From Candidatus Cloacimonadales bacterium (GTDB lineage: Bacteria; Cloacimonadota; Cloacimonadia; Cloacimonadales; JAFGVF01), in the NCBI GenBank assembly GCA_963667035.1, contig OY762964.1, positions 960,001 through 1,024,000 of the forward strand: a DNA stretch of 64,000 nucleotides, written 5' to 3'. Positions 50,823 to 59,995 of this stretch are shown piece by piece; position 1 is the stretch's first letter, and each line of letters begins with the position of its first letter. A program made the translations under genes and the position numbers. Below the pieces are notes generated by a model. It had not been told where the DNA came from, ran no database searches, and worked only from the letters and a program-made list of their open reading frames with translations.

Positions 50823-52712
50823 ATGTGGATCATAATAACACTCAGTATAGCTGAAATAAATCATTATGCCACAATAGATACATTGAGAACAGCAGCTTAT
50901 AAAGCACTAAAAGAGAATAACTGGGAAAAGACAGCCGTAAAGTATTTGGATATATCTTCTTACTTCCAGTTAACAGGCGATGTGGATAGTCTTCTATTCT
51001 ATTCGGAAGCTGCCTATGAACTAGCAGACAAGTATAAATTAACTAATTATAAAGCTCACTCTCTTAATCACATCGGAAGTTATTACAATTATACAGGCAA
51101 CTATGACCGAGCATTAGAATACTTTCATCGAGCACTACCATTCTACATGGCAGAAAATGATAGCCTTAGAATCTCTACTGTTTATGAGAATATCGGAAAA
51201 ACACACAAAGATTTAGGTAACTATAAAGAAGCTATAACCTATCTGTTAAAAGCCGCCGACATAATGGAGAAGCAAGATAATGTTGATATCAGACCTTCAA
51301 TCTATATAACTCTTGGAACTGTATTCTATAAAGTAAAAGATTTTGAGAGCATGTATAAGTATCTGTGCTATGCCAGACAACTGATAGAAGAGAGTGATGA
51401 CCTGACATTGGAGCATGCAATTCTCTACAATGAACTGGGAAATTATAATGATGTTACAGGGGATGTTAAGGCATCAGAGATTTGTTACAAAAAGGTCGTT
51501 GATGTCAGTAGGAGAATAGGTTGGACTCTAGGGGAATCCACCGGACTTAGTAATCTGTCCGACATTTATTATCAGAGGGGAGAACTGGATAAGGCTTTAA
51601 GCAATCATTTAAGAATACTTGATATTGACAAGGATATCGAGAGTAGTTACGGCATAGTTAAGGATTTCTCTTTTATAAGCGAGATATATCTAGATAAGAA
51701 TATGTATAAAACTGCAGAATCTTATGCTGACTCGGCACTTGCTATTGCTGAAGAGAAAAGTATGGCTTCCGAAGTGACATCAGTACTGAATTTGCTGAGT
51801 AGAATCTATTATGAACAAAACCGCATTAAAGATGCTTTTGATACATTCTATCTCTACCACACTTATCAAGATAGTTTAGAGAATCTTGACTATAAAAAAC
51901 ACATTAGCGATTTATCTGAGAAGTATCAACTTGCAGTTAATGAAAGAAGACTACTTGAGGAGCAGACTGAAAAGAAGATTTTAAAGCAAAGATCACTAAT
52001 ACTTTTATATGCTCTAATATCATTAATACTCATAGTACTTACTTTTGTCATTCTAAGCTTCCAAAGATCCTTGAAAAGTAGATATAAAAATCTGATTCTT
52101 AAACAGCAATTGTTTAGAGCTCAAATGAATCCTCATTTTATGTTCAATACTTTGAGTGCCATACAGCACTATATTCTAAAGAATGAAACCAAACTTGCTG
52201 CGGAATACTTGGGTTCGTATTCAAGGCTGATGAGACTAATACTCGAAAGCTCCGATAGTGAATTGATAACTCTTGAAAAGGAGCTTGATATCGTAAATAT
52301 TCAGTTACAACTTGAACAGTTAAGATTTGGAGATAAATTCGTATATGAGTTTAAAGTTCAAGAAGATATAGAGCTTGATGAGGTTTATGTACCGCCAATG
52401 CTTCTTCAGCCTCTTGTAGAAAACTCTATTAAACATGGTTTTACCGGACTTGACTATCAAGGAATAATTGAGATTGAAGTCACTATGGATGATAAGCATT
52501 TAAGACTCATAGAAAGAGATAACGGTTCTGGTAAGTTTACTAGTGATTTCTATGCAAAATCCCATGCTCTAAAAATTATGAAGCAACGTTTAGAGGTGTT
52601 AAAAAACGTAAAAAATATTGACACGGAATTAACGGTTTCATCAAATAAGACTAAGGGAATCACTACTGAGATTATTATACATAATCCAAAAAAACTTACA
52701 CCGGAGCTATAA
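50823..52712 (+). CDS. TPR-containing LytS-type sensor histidine kinase (true start probably about 9 codons upstream)
   Basis: TPR repeats, TM, RAQMNPHFMFN, LEQLRFG, PPMLLQPLVENSIKHG, DNG. Confidence 0.9.
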   Translation: MWIIITLSIAEINHYATIDTLRTAAYKALKENNWEKTAVKYLDISSYFQLTGDVDSLLFYSEAAYELADKYKLTNYKAHSLNHIGSYYNYTGNYDRALEYFHRALPFYMAENDSLRISTVYENIGKTHKDLGNYKEAITYLLKAADIMEKQDNVDIRPSIYITLGTVFYKVKDFESMYKYLCYARQLIEESDDLTLEHAILYNELGNYNDVTGDVKASEICYKKVVDVSRRIGWTLGESTGLSNLSDIYYQRGELDKALSNHLRILDIDKDIESSYGIVKDFSFISEIYLDKNMYKTAESYADSALAIAEEKSMASEVTSVLNLLSRIYYEQNRIKDAFDTFYLYHTYQDSLENLDYKKHISDLSEKYQLAVNERRLLEEQTEKKILKQRSLILLYALISLILIVLTFVILSFQRSLKSRYKNLILKQQLFRAQMNPHFMFNTLSAIQHYILKNETKLAAEYLGSYSRLMRLILESSDSELITLEKELDIVNIQLQLEQLRFGDKFVYEFKVQEDIELDEVYVPPMLLQPLVENSIKHGFTGLDYQGIIEIEVTMDDKHLRLIERDNGSGKFTSDFYAKSHALKIMKQRLEVLKNVKNIDTELTVSSNKTKGITTEIIIHNPKKLTPEL

Positions 52713-53452
52713 TGCGTGCAATAATTATTGATGACGAACAACTTACGAGGGAGTTAATAAAAGAGATTCTTACCTCTGAGTTCCTGGGTATTGAGATTGT
52801 AGGGGAAGCTGACAACTATCAATCAGCAATTGATTTAATTGAAACAACAAGTCCCGAGTTAATGTTACTTGATATTAATCTCGGGAATAGAACAATTTTT
52901 GAAGTATTAGAACAAGTTCCAAACATTGATGCTAGACTTATCTTTATTACTGCATATTCTGATTATGCAGTAAAAGCTATTAAATTCAGTGCTTTTGATT
53001 ATATTTTAAAGCCCATCATTCCTTCCGAGCTTATTAAAGCTGTTAACAAAGCAGTGCAGTTGAATAAGGAAGAGCAGGACGAACAATTATCCTTATTATC
53101 TAAGAATATTAGTAATCCTGAGAAAATAGTTCTTAAAACCTCTGATAAGATGTATATTGTTAATTTGAAAGATATTGTATACTGCGAAGCTGATAACAAC
53201 TACACAATCTTCCATCTTAAGGACGGAAAAGATTTGATTCTTTCCAAGAGCTTAAAGATTTATGAAGAGCTTCTCAGCGATAACTCTTTCTTCAGGGTTC
53301 ATCAATCTTATCTGGTTAATCTAAATGCAATTGTTACTTTCGAAAAGCATGACGGTGGCTATCTTGTGATGTCTAATAAGCAGAGTGTACCTGTATCTAC
53401 TACAAAGAAAAAGAAACTCCTTAATCATCTGCAGAAGATTTATATGAGTTAA
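52712..53452 (+). CDS. LytTR-family response regulator
   Basis: IIDDE, LLDI, FITAY, DYILKP, FFRVHQSYLVN. Confidence 0.95.
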   Translation: MRAIIIDDEQLTRELIKEILTSEFLGIEIVGEADNYQSAIDLIETTSPELMLLDINLGNRTIFEVLEQVPNIDARLIFITAYSDYAVKAIKFSAFDYILKPIIPSELIKAVNKAVQLNKEEQDEQLSLLSKNISNPEKIVLKTSDKMYIVNLKDIVYCEADNNYTIFHLKDGKDLILSKSLKIYEELLSDNSFFRVHQSYLVNLNAIVTFEKHDGGYLVMSNKQSVPVSTTKKKKLLNHLQKIYMS

Positions 53453-53576
53453 TAGTTTTAAGTGTTTACATTGTTCTTCGAACAAGATAGTACATTCTTT
53501 TAAACTGAATATATTTTTGGGCATAATTTAGTATGCCCTTTTTGGGTAGCTAAACCACCTGCTTTGCAGGTGGTTC

Positions 53577-53628
53577 CAGACTATTGACAAAGCTATGAGG
53601 GTATTTACATAGCTTTGTCAATAGTCTG
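53577..53628. mobile_element. 52-bp palindromic miniature element derived from an IS1182 left end
   Basis: Perfect 21-bp arms CAGACTATTGACAAAGCTATG / CATAGCTTTGTCAATAGTCTG; the arm is 20/21 identical to IS positions 907-927. Confidence 0.8.
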
Positions 53629-53655
53629 AAGAGTGCCTTATCTAAGACACTCTTC
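53628..53655. terminator. Probable terminator hairpin between convergent lytTR and gcvPB
   Basis: GAAGAGTGcCTTA-tc-TAAGaCACTCTTC. Confidence 0.6.
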
Positions 53656-53678
53656 CAATATATCTACAATACTCTGAA

Positions 53679-55139
53679 TTAATCTTCAGGTACGTATCTT
53701 ACATTAAGTTGTCTTGCTGCAAGCACATCATCAACACGTCTTACAGGTGTTGAGATAGGAGCATGATGCAATAACTCGGCATCAGTTTCACATTCCTTAG
53801 CAATCTTAATCATAACGTCAACGAAATGATCGAGTGTCTCTTTACTCTCGGTTTCTGTAGGCTCAATCATCATAGCTTCTTTGATAATGAGAGGGAAGTA
53901 GACTGTAGGAGCGTGCATATTGTTATCAAGAAGTCTCTTAGCAATATCAAGAGTTATAATACCATACTTCTCTTTCTGCCAAGTTGCATCAGCAACAAAC
54001 TCGTGCATACAATATGTATTTTTGTATTGAATATTATAGTAAGGAGCAAGTTTTGCTTGAAGATAGTTAGCATTAATGATAGCATTCTCTGCAACTGCTC
54101 TGATTCCTTTAGCTCCAAGCATTTTGATATAAACAAATGCTCTTACATTCACAGCAAAGTTACCGAAGAAGGTATGTACTTTACCGATAGAAGTTTCTTT
54201 ATGGCTATAATCAAGGAAGTATGTCCCGTCATCCTTTTTACCTACCATTGGTACAGGAAGATAAGGGAGAAGTTTTTCAACTACACCAACAGGACCTGAA
54301 CCCGGACCACCGCCACCGTGAGGGGTAGAGAAGGTTTTATGTAGGTTATAATGCATAACGTCAAAACCTATTTTTCCAGGTTTCACAAGTCCTAATAAAG
54401 CATTAAGGTTTGCTCCGTCCATATACATCAAACCATCAACACTGTGGATGATTTCAGCAATCTCTTCAATTCTTCCTTCAAACAATCCAAGAGTGTTAGG
54501 ATTTGTAAGCATGAATCCTGCAGTGTTCTCATCAACCAATTCACGAAGATGGTCAATGTCCACTTTACCGTTCTCATTGGATGCTAATTCAACTACTTTA
54601 AATCCTGCAAGACTACAACTGGCCGGATTGGTACCGTGAGCTGAGTCAGGCATAATAATAGTATCTTTATGAGTATTACCTTTAGCTTTATGGTAAGAAG
54701 AGATAACTTTTAGTCCGACAAACTCGCCTTGAGCACCTGCAACAGGTTGAATTGTTACATTAGCCATTCCTGAGATTTCTGCTAAGTCATTTTGTAACTC
54801 GTACATTATTTCCAAAGCACCCTGAACTGTTTCTTCCGGCTGGTAAGGATGTACATTACCAAGTCCTGAATTACGTACAGCAACTTCATTTACTTTAGGA
54901 TTATACTTCATAGTACATGAACCTAAAGGATAGAAACCTTTATCAACCGAGTGATTCTTTTGGGCTAGATTAAGGAAATGACGCATAACATCAAGTTCGC
55001 TAACTTCGGGAAGTTCAGCATTTTCTTTTCTAGTAAACTTCTCAGGAAGAATAGAGCCTAATTTAACATCTACATCATTCTTAGGAAGTGTATATCCCTT
55101 GCGACCTTCGCGACTGATTTCAAATATAGTCTTAGACAT
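53679..55139 (-). CDS. gcvPB: Glycine dehydrogenase (decarboxylating) subunit 2
   Basis: YPLGSCTMKYNPK, SAHGTNPAS, PLP lysine in NLHKTFSTPHGGGGPG, IEPTETE. Confidence 0.97.
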   Translation of the reverse strand: MSKTIFEISREGRKGYTLPKNDVDVKLGSILPEKFTRKENAELPEVSELDVMRHFLNLAQKNHSVDKGFYPLGSCTMKYNPKVNEVAVRNSGLGNVHPYQPEETVQGALEIMYELQNDLAEISGMANVTIQPVAGAQGEFVGLKVISSYHKAKGNTHKDTIIMPDSAHGTNPASCSLAGFKVVELASNENGKVDIDHLRELVDENTAGFMLTNPNTLGLFEGRIEEIAEIIHSVDGLMYMDGANLNALLGLVKPGKIGFDVMHYNLHKTFSTPHGGGGPGSGPVGVVEKLLPYLPVPMVGKKDDGTYFLDYSHKETSIGKVHTFFGNFAVNVRAFVYIKMLGAKGIRAVAENAIINANYLQAKLAPYYNIQYKNTYCMHEFVADATWQKEKYGIITLDIAKRLLDNNMHAPTVYFPLIIKEAMMIEPTETESKETLDHFVDVMIKIAKECETDAELLHHAPISTPVRRVDDVLAARQLNVRYVPED

Positions 55140-56482
55140 TATTTCACCTCCTGAATTGCTCTAACAAGTGCATCCATTTGAGCTTTGGTTTTCTTTTCGG
55201 TTACTGCAACCATAAGTTGATTAGGGTTACCGAAAGGAGTCATATCAATACCTGCATAAATGTTCTGTTTTGCAAGTTCATGAACAATCATACTTGCAGG
55301 AACAGGAGTATTAATAACAAACTCTCTAAAGAATACAGCATTAGGATAAGCCATACTGAAACCTTCCAGCTTGCTTAACTCATCTGCAAGATAATGAGAT
55401 TTTGTCATTGAAAGAGTAGCAACTTCTTTAAGTCCTTCTTTTCCCAAGATACACATGTATACGGTTGCAGCAAGAACACAAAGTGATTGATTGGAGCAGA
55501 TATTAGAAGTAGCTTTCTGACGTTTAATGTGCTGTTCTCTAGCCTGAAGAGTCAAGCTATAAGCTTTCTTTCCTTCTGCATCAAGAGTAGCACCAACAAT
55601 TCTGCCAGGCATTGTTCTGGCGTTCTTTATACTATTGGTAGCAAAGAAACCGAACAAAGGTCCACCATAATTAACGGCATTACCCAATACTTGACCTTCA
55701 CCAACAACTATGTCTGCATTATATTCGGCAGGGGAGTTGAGGATTGATAAGCTGATAGGGTCAGCAGATACGATGAACATAGCTTTAGGATTGGAATGAG
55801 CAATTTCCTCAATTGCAAATACTTCTTCCAGATTACCAAAGAAGTTTGGAGTCTGAAGAATCACGCATGCAGTTTCAGAGTCTACTTTAGCTTTTAAATC
55901 GTCGAGGTCTACAAGACCGTCTTTAACATTAGTATAAACTATTTCTGTGTCTATACCTTCAGTGTATACTTTAATTACTTCTTTATAGTTAGGATGGATA
56001 GTGCCTGCAACTATTGCTTTATTCTTACGAGTTTTACGTACTGCCATAAGAATAGCTTCTGCTATTGCAGTTGCTGCATCGTACATGGATGCATTTGCAA
56101 CTTCCATACCGGTAAGATTACAAATCATTGTTTGATATTCATAGATATACTGCAAAGTTCCTTGGCTTACTTCAGCTTGATAAGGAGTATAAGCAGTAAA
56201 GAAATCAGGTTTGGAAACAACTGAATCAACAGCTGATGGAATAAAATGGTCATAAACACCACCACCCAAGAATGAGTTAGCTCCGAATGAGCAAGTATTC
56301 TTGTTGGAAAGTGTGTTAATCCTGTTAAGAATTTCAAGCTCAGATACAGGATCTGAAAGGTCTAGTAATTCTTTTAATCTGAACTTCTCAGGTATTGGGG
56401 CTAACAAGTCTTCAAACTTGTCTACGCCAATTGCTTTTAACATTTCCTGACGTTCTTTGTCAGTATTGGAAATATACGGCAT
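55139..56482 (-). CDS. gcvPA: Glycine dehydrogenase (decarboxylating) subunit 1
   Basis: FLGGG, TAYTPYQAEVSQG, NASMYD, QAREQHIKRQKATSNICSNQ. Confidence 0.97.
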   Translation of the reverse strand: MPYISNTDKERQEMLKAIGVDKFEDLLAPIPEKFRLKELLDLSDPVSELEILNRINTLSNKNTCSFGANSFLGGGVYDHFIPSAVDSVVSKPDFFTAYTPYQAEVSQGTLQYIYEYQTMICNLTGMEVANASMYDAATAIAEAILMAVRKTRKNKAIVAGTIHPNYKEVIKVYTEGIDTEIVYTNVKDGLVDLDDLKAKVDSETACVILQTPNFFGNLEEVFAIEEIAHSNPKAMFIVSADPISLSILNSPAEYNADIVVGEGQVLGNAVNYGGPLFGFFATNSIKNARTMPGRIVGATLDAEGKKAYSLTLQAREQHIKRQKATSNICSNQSLCVLAATVYMCILGKEGLKEVATLSMTKSHYLADELSKLEGFSMAYPNAVFFREFVINTPVPASMIVHELAKQNIYAGIDMTPFGNPNQLMVAVTEKKTKAQMDALVRAIQEVK

Positions 56483-56766
56483 ACATATCTCCTTTTAGTT
56501 TATTATTTTGCCTGCATTGATTGTAATTATCTTTTTTTGTCAATAATAAAGAAACAGCCATTACACGATTTATTGTATCTATATGATAATCAAATTGATA
56601 AGAATTGAAAACTTATTACTCATTCGTACAGCTGTTTTTGTATATTGTGATGAGTCTAACGATTTCTTTTGTCTCGATCAGGTTGTTTATTGTCAAAAAG
56701 GCATTAACTGCATAGGAAATTCTTATTGACAAATTAACATAGCCTAATTTCCTCATTCCTACATGC

Positions 56767-56858
56767 GGAGAAGTGTCCGAGCTGGCCGAAGGAGCACGGT
56801 TGGAAACCGTGTGTACGTCACAAGCGTACCTAGGGTTCGAATCCCTACTTCTCCGCCA
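56767..56858 (+). tRNA. tRNA-Ser (anticodon GGA)
   Basis: Acceptor GGAGAAG/CTTCTCC, anticodon arm CACGG-TTGGAAA-CCGTG, long variable arm, T arm TAGGG-TTCGAAT-CCCTA, discriminator G, encoded CCA. Confidence 0.97.
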
Positions 56859-56980
56859 CTATTCTATCTATCTACCTATCTTATAATTATCTACCCAAGA
56901 AATACTATTATCTAACTATCTATTATTTAGGAATATTATGTGAATCCAAGATGATTTTTCTCATTGTGCCCGAATTAAAC

Positions 56981-57089
56981 ACACGGGACTTACTCGGGAA
57001 TCACACGGGAATCTCTCGGGAATCACTCGGGACTTTGCCCGAGAAATTCCTGCGATATTCTCGTCAAATTCACGGAAAATTCCCGAGTG
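56981..57089. repeat. 11-bp-periodic palindromic intergenic array C (core ACTCGGGAAT)
   Basis: CGGGA at 56984, 56995, 57006, 57017, 57028; inverted TCCCG-like units at 57037, 57048, 57059, 57070, 57081. Confidence 0.85.
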
Positions 57090-57206
57090 TTGAAAGAGAT
57101 TGCGAAGAGTGAGCTATTTTAATAAACAAAATGAAATGTATTCTTGACAAGAATATGATAAATTCTACCTATACTGAATAAACAAAAATGCAAAAGTGGA
57201 GAGTAG

Positions 57207-58823
57207 ATGTCCTATACAGTTCTAGCGAGAAAATACCGTCCTCAAACTTTTGAAGAAGTCTATGCACAAGACCACATTACAAGAATTCTAATCAATGCAA
57301 TTGAAATGAATCGAGTTGCACAGGCCTATTTATTTGCAGGTCCAAGAGGTGTTGGTAAAACCTCAATGGCACGCATTCTTGCGAAGAGTCTTAACTGTGA
57401 AGTAGGAACTTCAGCCCATCCATGTAACGTTTGTTCCAATTGTATTCAGATAACCAATGGAACATCTCAAGATGTTGTTGAGATTGACGGAGCATCCAAT
57501 ACAAGTGTGGATGATGTTAGGGATTTACAGAAAGATTTGATATACATGTCAGCAACATCCGATTACAAGATATACATTATTGATGAAGTTCACATGCTTT
57601 CTAAAAGTGCTTTTAATGCACTCTTGAAAACTTTGGAAGAACCTCCTGAGAAAGTAATATTTATTTTTGCGACAACCGAACCTCATAAAGTATTACCAAC
57701 AATTATATCTCGTTGCCAGAGATTCGATTTCAAAAGCATACCTGTTTACGATATAGTTAGACGTTTAAAAGATATTGCCGAGAAAGAAGAAATTAAAACA
57801 GACGAGGAGTCCTTGTACATAATCGCCCAGAAGGCCGAAGGAGGTATGAGGGATGCTTTATCTTTGTTTGATCAGGTAATATCATATTGTAATGACGATA
57901 TAACTTATGATAAGGTTCAAGATATATTCGGAATTCTGCCTTATGATTTGTTTATCGAGATTATGAGAAACATTGTAACAAGTTCCTACAAGGATTTGTT
58001 AATAAACTTTCATGGCGTTGTTGAAGCTGGTAAGGATTTACAGGAATTTCTAAATGGGTTGATGGAATTCATTAGGAAGTTATTACTTATAAAAATAGGT
58101 GTAAAGCTTACTGATGTCCCTGAATCCATGCAGGATATGTTTGCTAAAGTTGCTTCTGCTTTTGCTGAGAATACGCTTCTTTACTACATTACAATGTTAA
58201 TGAAACTGAAAGAAGACATTAAATCCGGTTCAAACTCCGTAATGTTGACAGAGATAACTCTCCTAAAGATGAGTAAAGCGGAAGATATGATCGGAGTTGC
58301 GGAACTTGTTGAAAAGATAGACAAAGCTCCGGGTAATGATTACCAACCTCAATCAAAACCTATGATTCCCGATTATTTTCCTGAGAAAAGTAATGAGATG
58401 CCTTCTCCGGTTGTAAGAGAAATAGTGGAACAAACTATTAATGAGTCCAATCAGCCACAACCTCAGAAAGTCCTATCTGTAGAAGTGCTGAGAAAAAACT
58501 GGGAAGATGTGATTGAAGTTGCTAAGAAAAAGAGTTTTACGGTAGGTAGTTATCTTAGTGATATAAAGCTAACCTCAATAAGTGCAACGGTTCTTGAAGC
58601 GACTGCAGATAATAAGTTGGTAAAGCAGAAGATAGATGAGTTTGGAAGTGAGCTACTCACAATTATAAACAACAAATATAATTCTGATTTGAAAACCTTG
58701 AAAATAGCTTTGATTGAGAAGAAGGAGACAACACAAGAATTTAACATGTCTACTTTAAAGGAGAAATCTCCCCACTTGGCAGAATTTATCAAAAAGACCA
58801 ATTCGGTTGTGAAGCAAGCATGA
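57207..58823 (+). CDS. dnaX: DNA polymerase III subunit gamma/tau
   Basis: LARKYRPQTF, GPRGVGKT, Zn Cys cluster, IIDEVHML, LLKTLEEPP, SRCQ. Confidence 0.97.
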   Translation: MSYTVLARKYRPQTFEEVYAQDHITRILINAIEMNRVAQAYLFAGPRGVGKTSMARILAKSLNCEVGTSAHPCNVCSNCIQITNGTSQDVVEIDGASNTSVDDVRDLQKDLIYMSATSDYKIYIIDEVHMLSKSAFNALLKTLEEPPEKVIFIFATTEPHKVLPTIISRCQRFDFKSIPVYDIVRRLKDIAEKEEIKTDEESLYIIAQKAEGGMRDALSLFDQVISYCNDDITYDKVQDIFGILPYDLFIEIMRNIVTSSYKDLLINFHGVVEAGKDLQEFLNGLMEFIRKLLLIKIGVKLTDVPESMQDMFAKVASAFAENTLLYYITMLMKLKEDIKSGSNSVMLTEITLLKMSKAEDMIGVAELVEKIDKAPGNDYQPQSKPMIPDYFPEKSNEMPSPVVREIVEQTINESNQPQPQKVLSVEVLRKNWEDVIEVAKKKSFTVGSYLSDIKLTSISATVLEATADNKLVKQKIDEFGSELLTIINNKYNSDLKTLKIALIEKKETTQEFNMSTLKEKSPHLAEFIKKTNSVVKQA

Positions 58824-59929
58824 TAGTACTGATAATTCTCTCTTACATATTATCCTTTGCTTATGCAGGATTCTTCATTGCTCTACTTGTAGGACTCTAT
58901 AAGATTGCTAAAAGAAAGCCTTATAAAGGTGAAAAGCAGAAAATATCAGTAATTGTTGCTGCACGTAATGAAGAAAAGAATATTGCTTCACTTCTAGATT
59001 CACTTCTTCTTCAAAACTATCCTAAGGAAAAGTTTGAAGTTATAGTAGCAAATGACAGGTCGACCGATAAAACACTGGATATTCTTAGTAGGTATTCAGT
59101 CACAAATTTTGGATTAATAAAATATGTTCCTGTTGAAACTCAGAAACCCGGATTAATAGGGAAGAAGAATGCACTAACAGAAGCTATTAGGCTATCTGAA
59201 AATGAAATACTTGCTTTTACAGATGCTGATTGTACTCCTGATCCGGAATGGCTGAATAAGATAAATGAGGCTTTTACGGAAGATGTGGATTTTGTTGGGG
59301 GATACTCACCGTTACAACTTGATAGCAAGTTTAACCAGGATATTAAAAATCTGGAAAGAGCATTCTTTTTCGGAATAGCGGCAGGTAGCTTCGGATTGAA
59401 CATCCCTATTACTGTTACGGGACGAAATATGGCATATAGAAAAAGACTGTTCACAAAAGTGAACGGATTCCAAGGAATAGGGACAATAAGATCGGGTGAT
59501 GATGATCTTATGATGTTTAAACTAAGTCCTCATATTAGAAATTACGGATATCTATTGGGGGAAGAAGGGACTGTTCCTTCTAAAGACAGGTCATCGATTG
59601 ATGATCAAGTTAATCTTGAAACCAGACGCTATTCAAAGCTAAAGCATCACCCTCAATACATACAAATCCTTAGCATTTCTATCTTTGCTTATTTTCTATT
59701 GTTATTGATTGATACTATTATGCTGATTATGGGATTAATGAGCTTTGATATATGGTATCAGTTCATTATAATAAAATGCTTAAGTGAGATTTTATTCATA
59801 ACAAATTATCTTGGTTTCATCGGAAAGACAAAGCTATTAGTTACTTATCCGATACTCGGAGTTTACTATATATTCCATTTTATCTGGTTCGGTATAAAAG
59901 GGACCTTTGGTAATTATAAATGGAAATAA
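58820..59929 (+). CDS. Membrane GT2 glycosyltransferase
   Basis: N-terminal TM, VAARNEE, NDRSTD, TDADC, SGDD, C-terminal TMs. Confidence 0.88.
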   Translation: MIVLIILSYILSFAYAGFFIALLVGLYKIAKRKPYKGEKQKISVIVAARNEEKNIASLLDSLLLQNYPKEKFEVIVANDRSTDKTLDILSRYSVTNFGLIKYVPVETQKPGLIGKKNALTEAIRLSENEILAFTDADCTPDPEWLNKINEAFTEDVDFVGGYSPLQLDSKFNQDIKNLERAFFFGIAAGSFGLNIPITVTGRNMAYRKRLFTKVNGFQGIGTIRSGDDDLMMFKLSPHIRNYGYLLGEEGTVPSKDRSSIDDQVNLETRRYSKLKHHPQYIQILSISIFAYFLLLLIDTIMLIMGLMSFDIWYQFIIIKCLSEILFITNYLGFIGKTKLLVTYPILGVYYIFHFIWFGIKGTFGNYKWK

Positions 59930-59995
59930 CATATTTCTTTACTAAAACAAATACTCTTACTATACTACACTCAAGGAGTACTACAGGGAAAAACT

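Noticed and set aside
56483..56760. Glycine riboswitch upstream of gcvPA
   Set aside because: No GGAGA/CCGAAG/CTCTCAGG aptamer motifs seen on the minus strand.
56981..57089. 11-bp arrays considered as mini-CRISPR or iterons
   Set aside because: No unique spacers, units too short, and no rep or cas gene nearby.
56859..57206. Possible SRP RNA (ffs), often found upstream of dnaX
   Set aside because: No helix-8 motif seen on either strand; only array C and low-complexity sequence.
57207..58823. Programmed -1 frameshift in dnaX (gamma subunit)
   Set aside because: No A-AAA-AAG slippery site with a clear downstream hairpin near the expected domain III/IV boundary, and no long A-run; cannot be supported.
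280..59454. Numerous 60-180 aa ORFs antisense to or nested in long genes (e.g. 33731-34267, 49245-49727, 53826-54299)
   Set aside because: Shadow ORFs of well-supported genes with no recognisable motifs.
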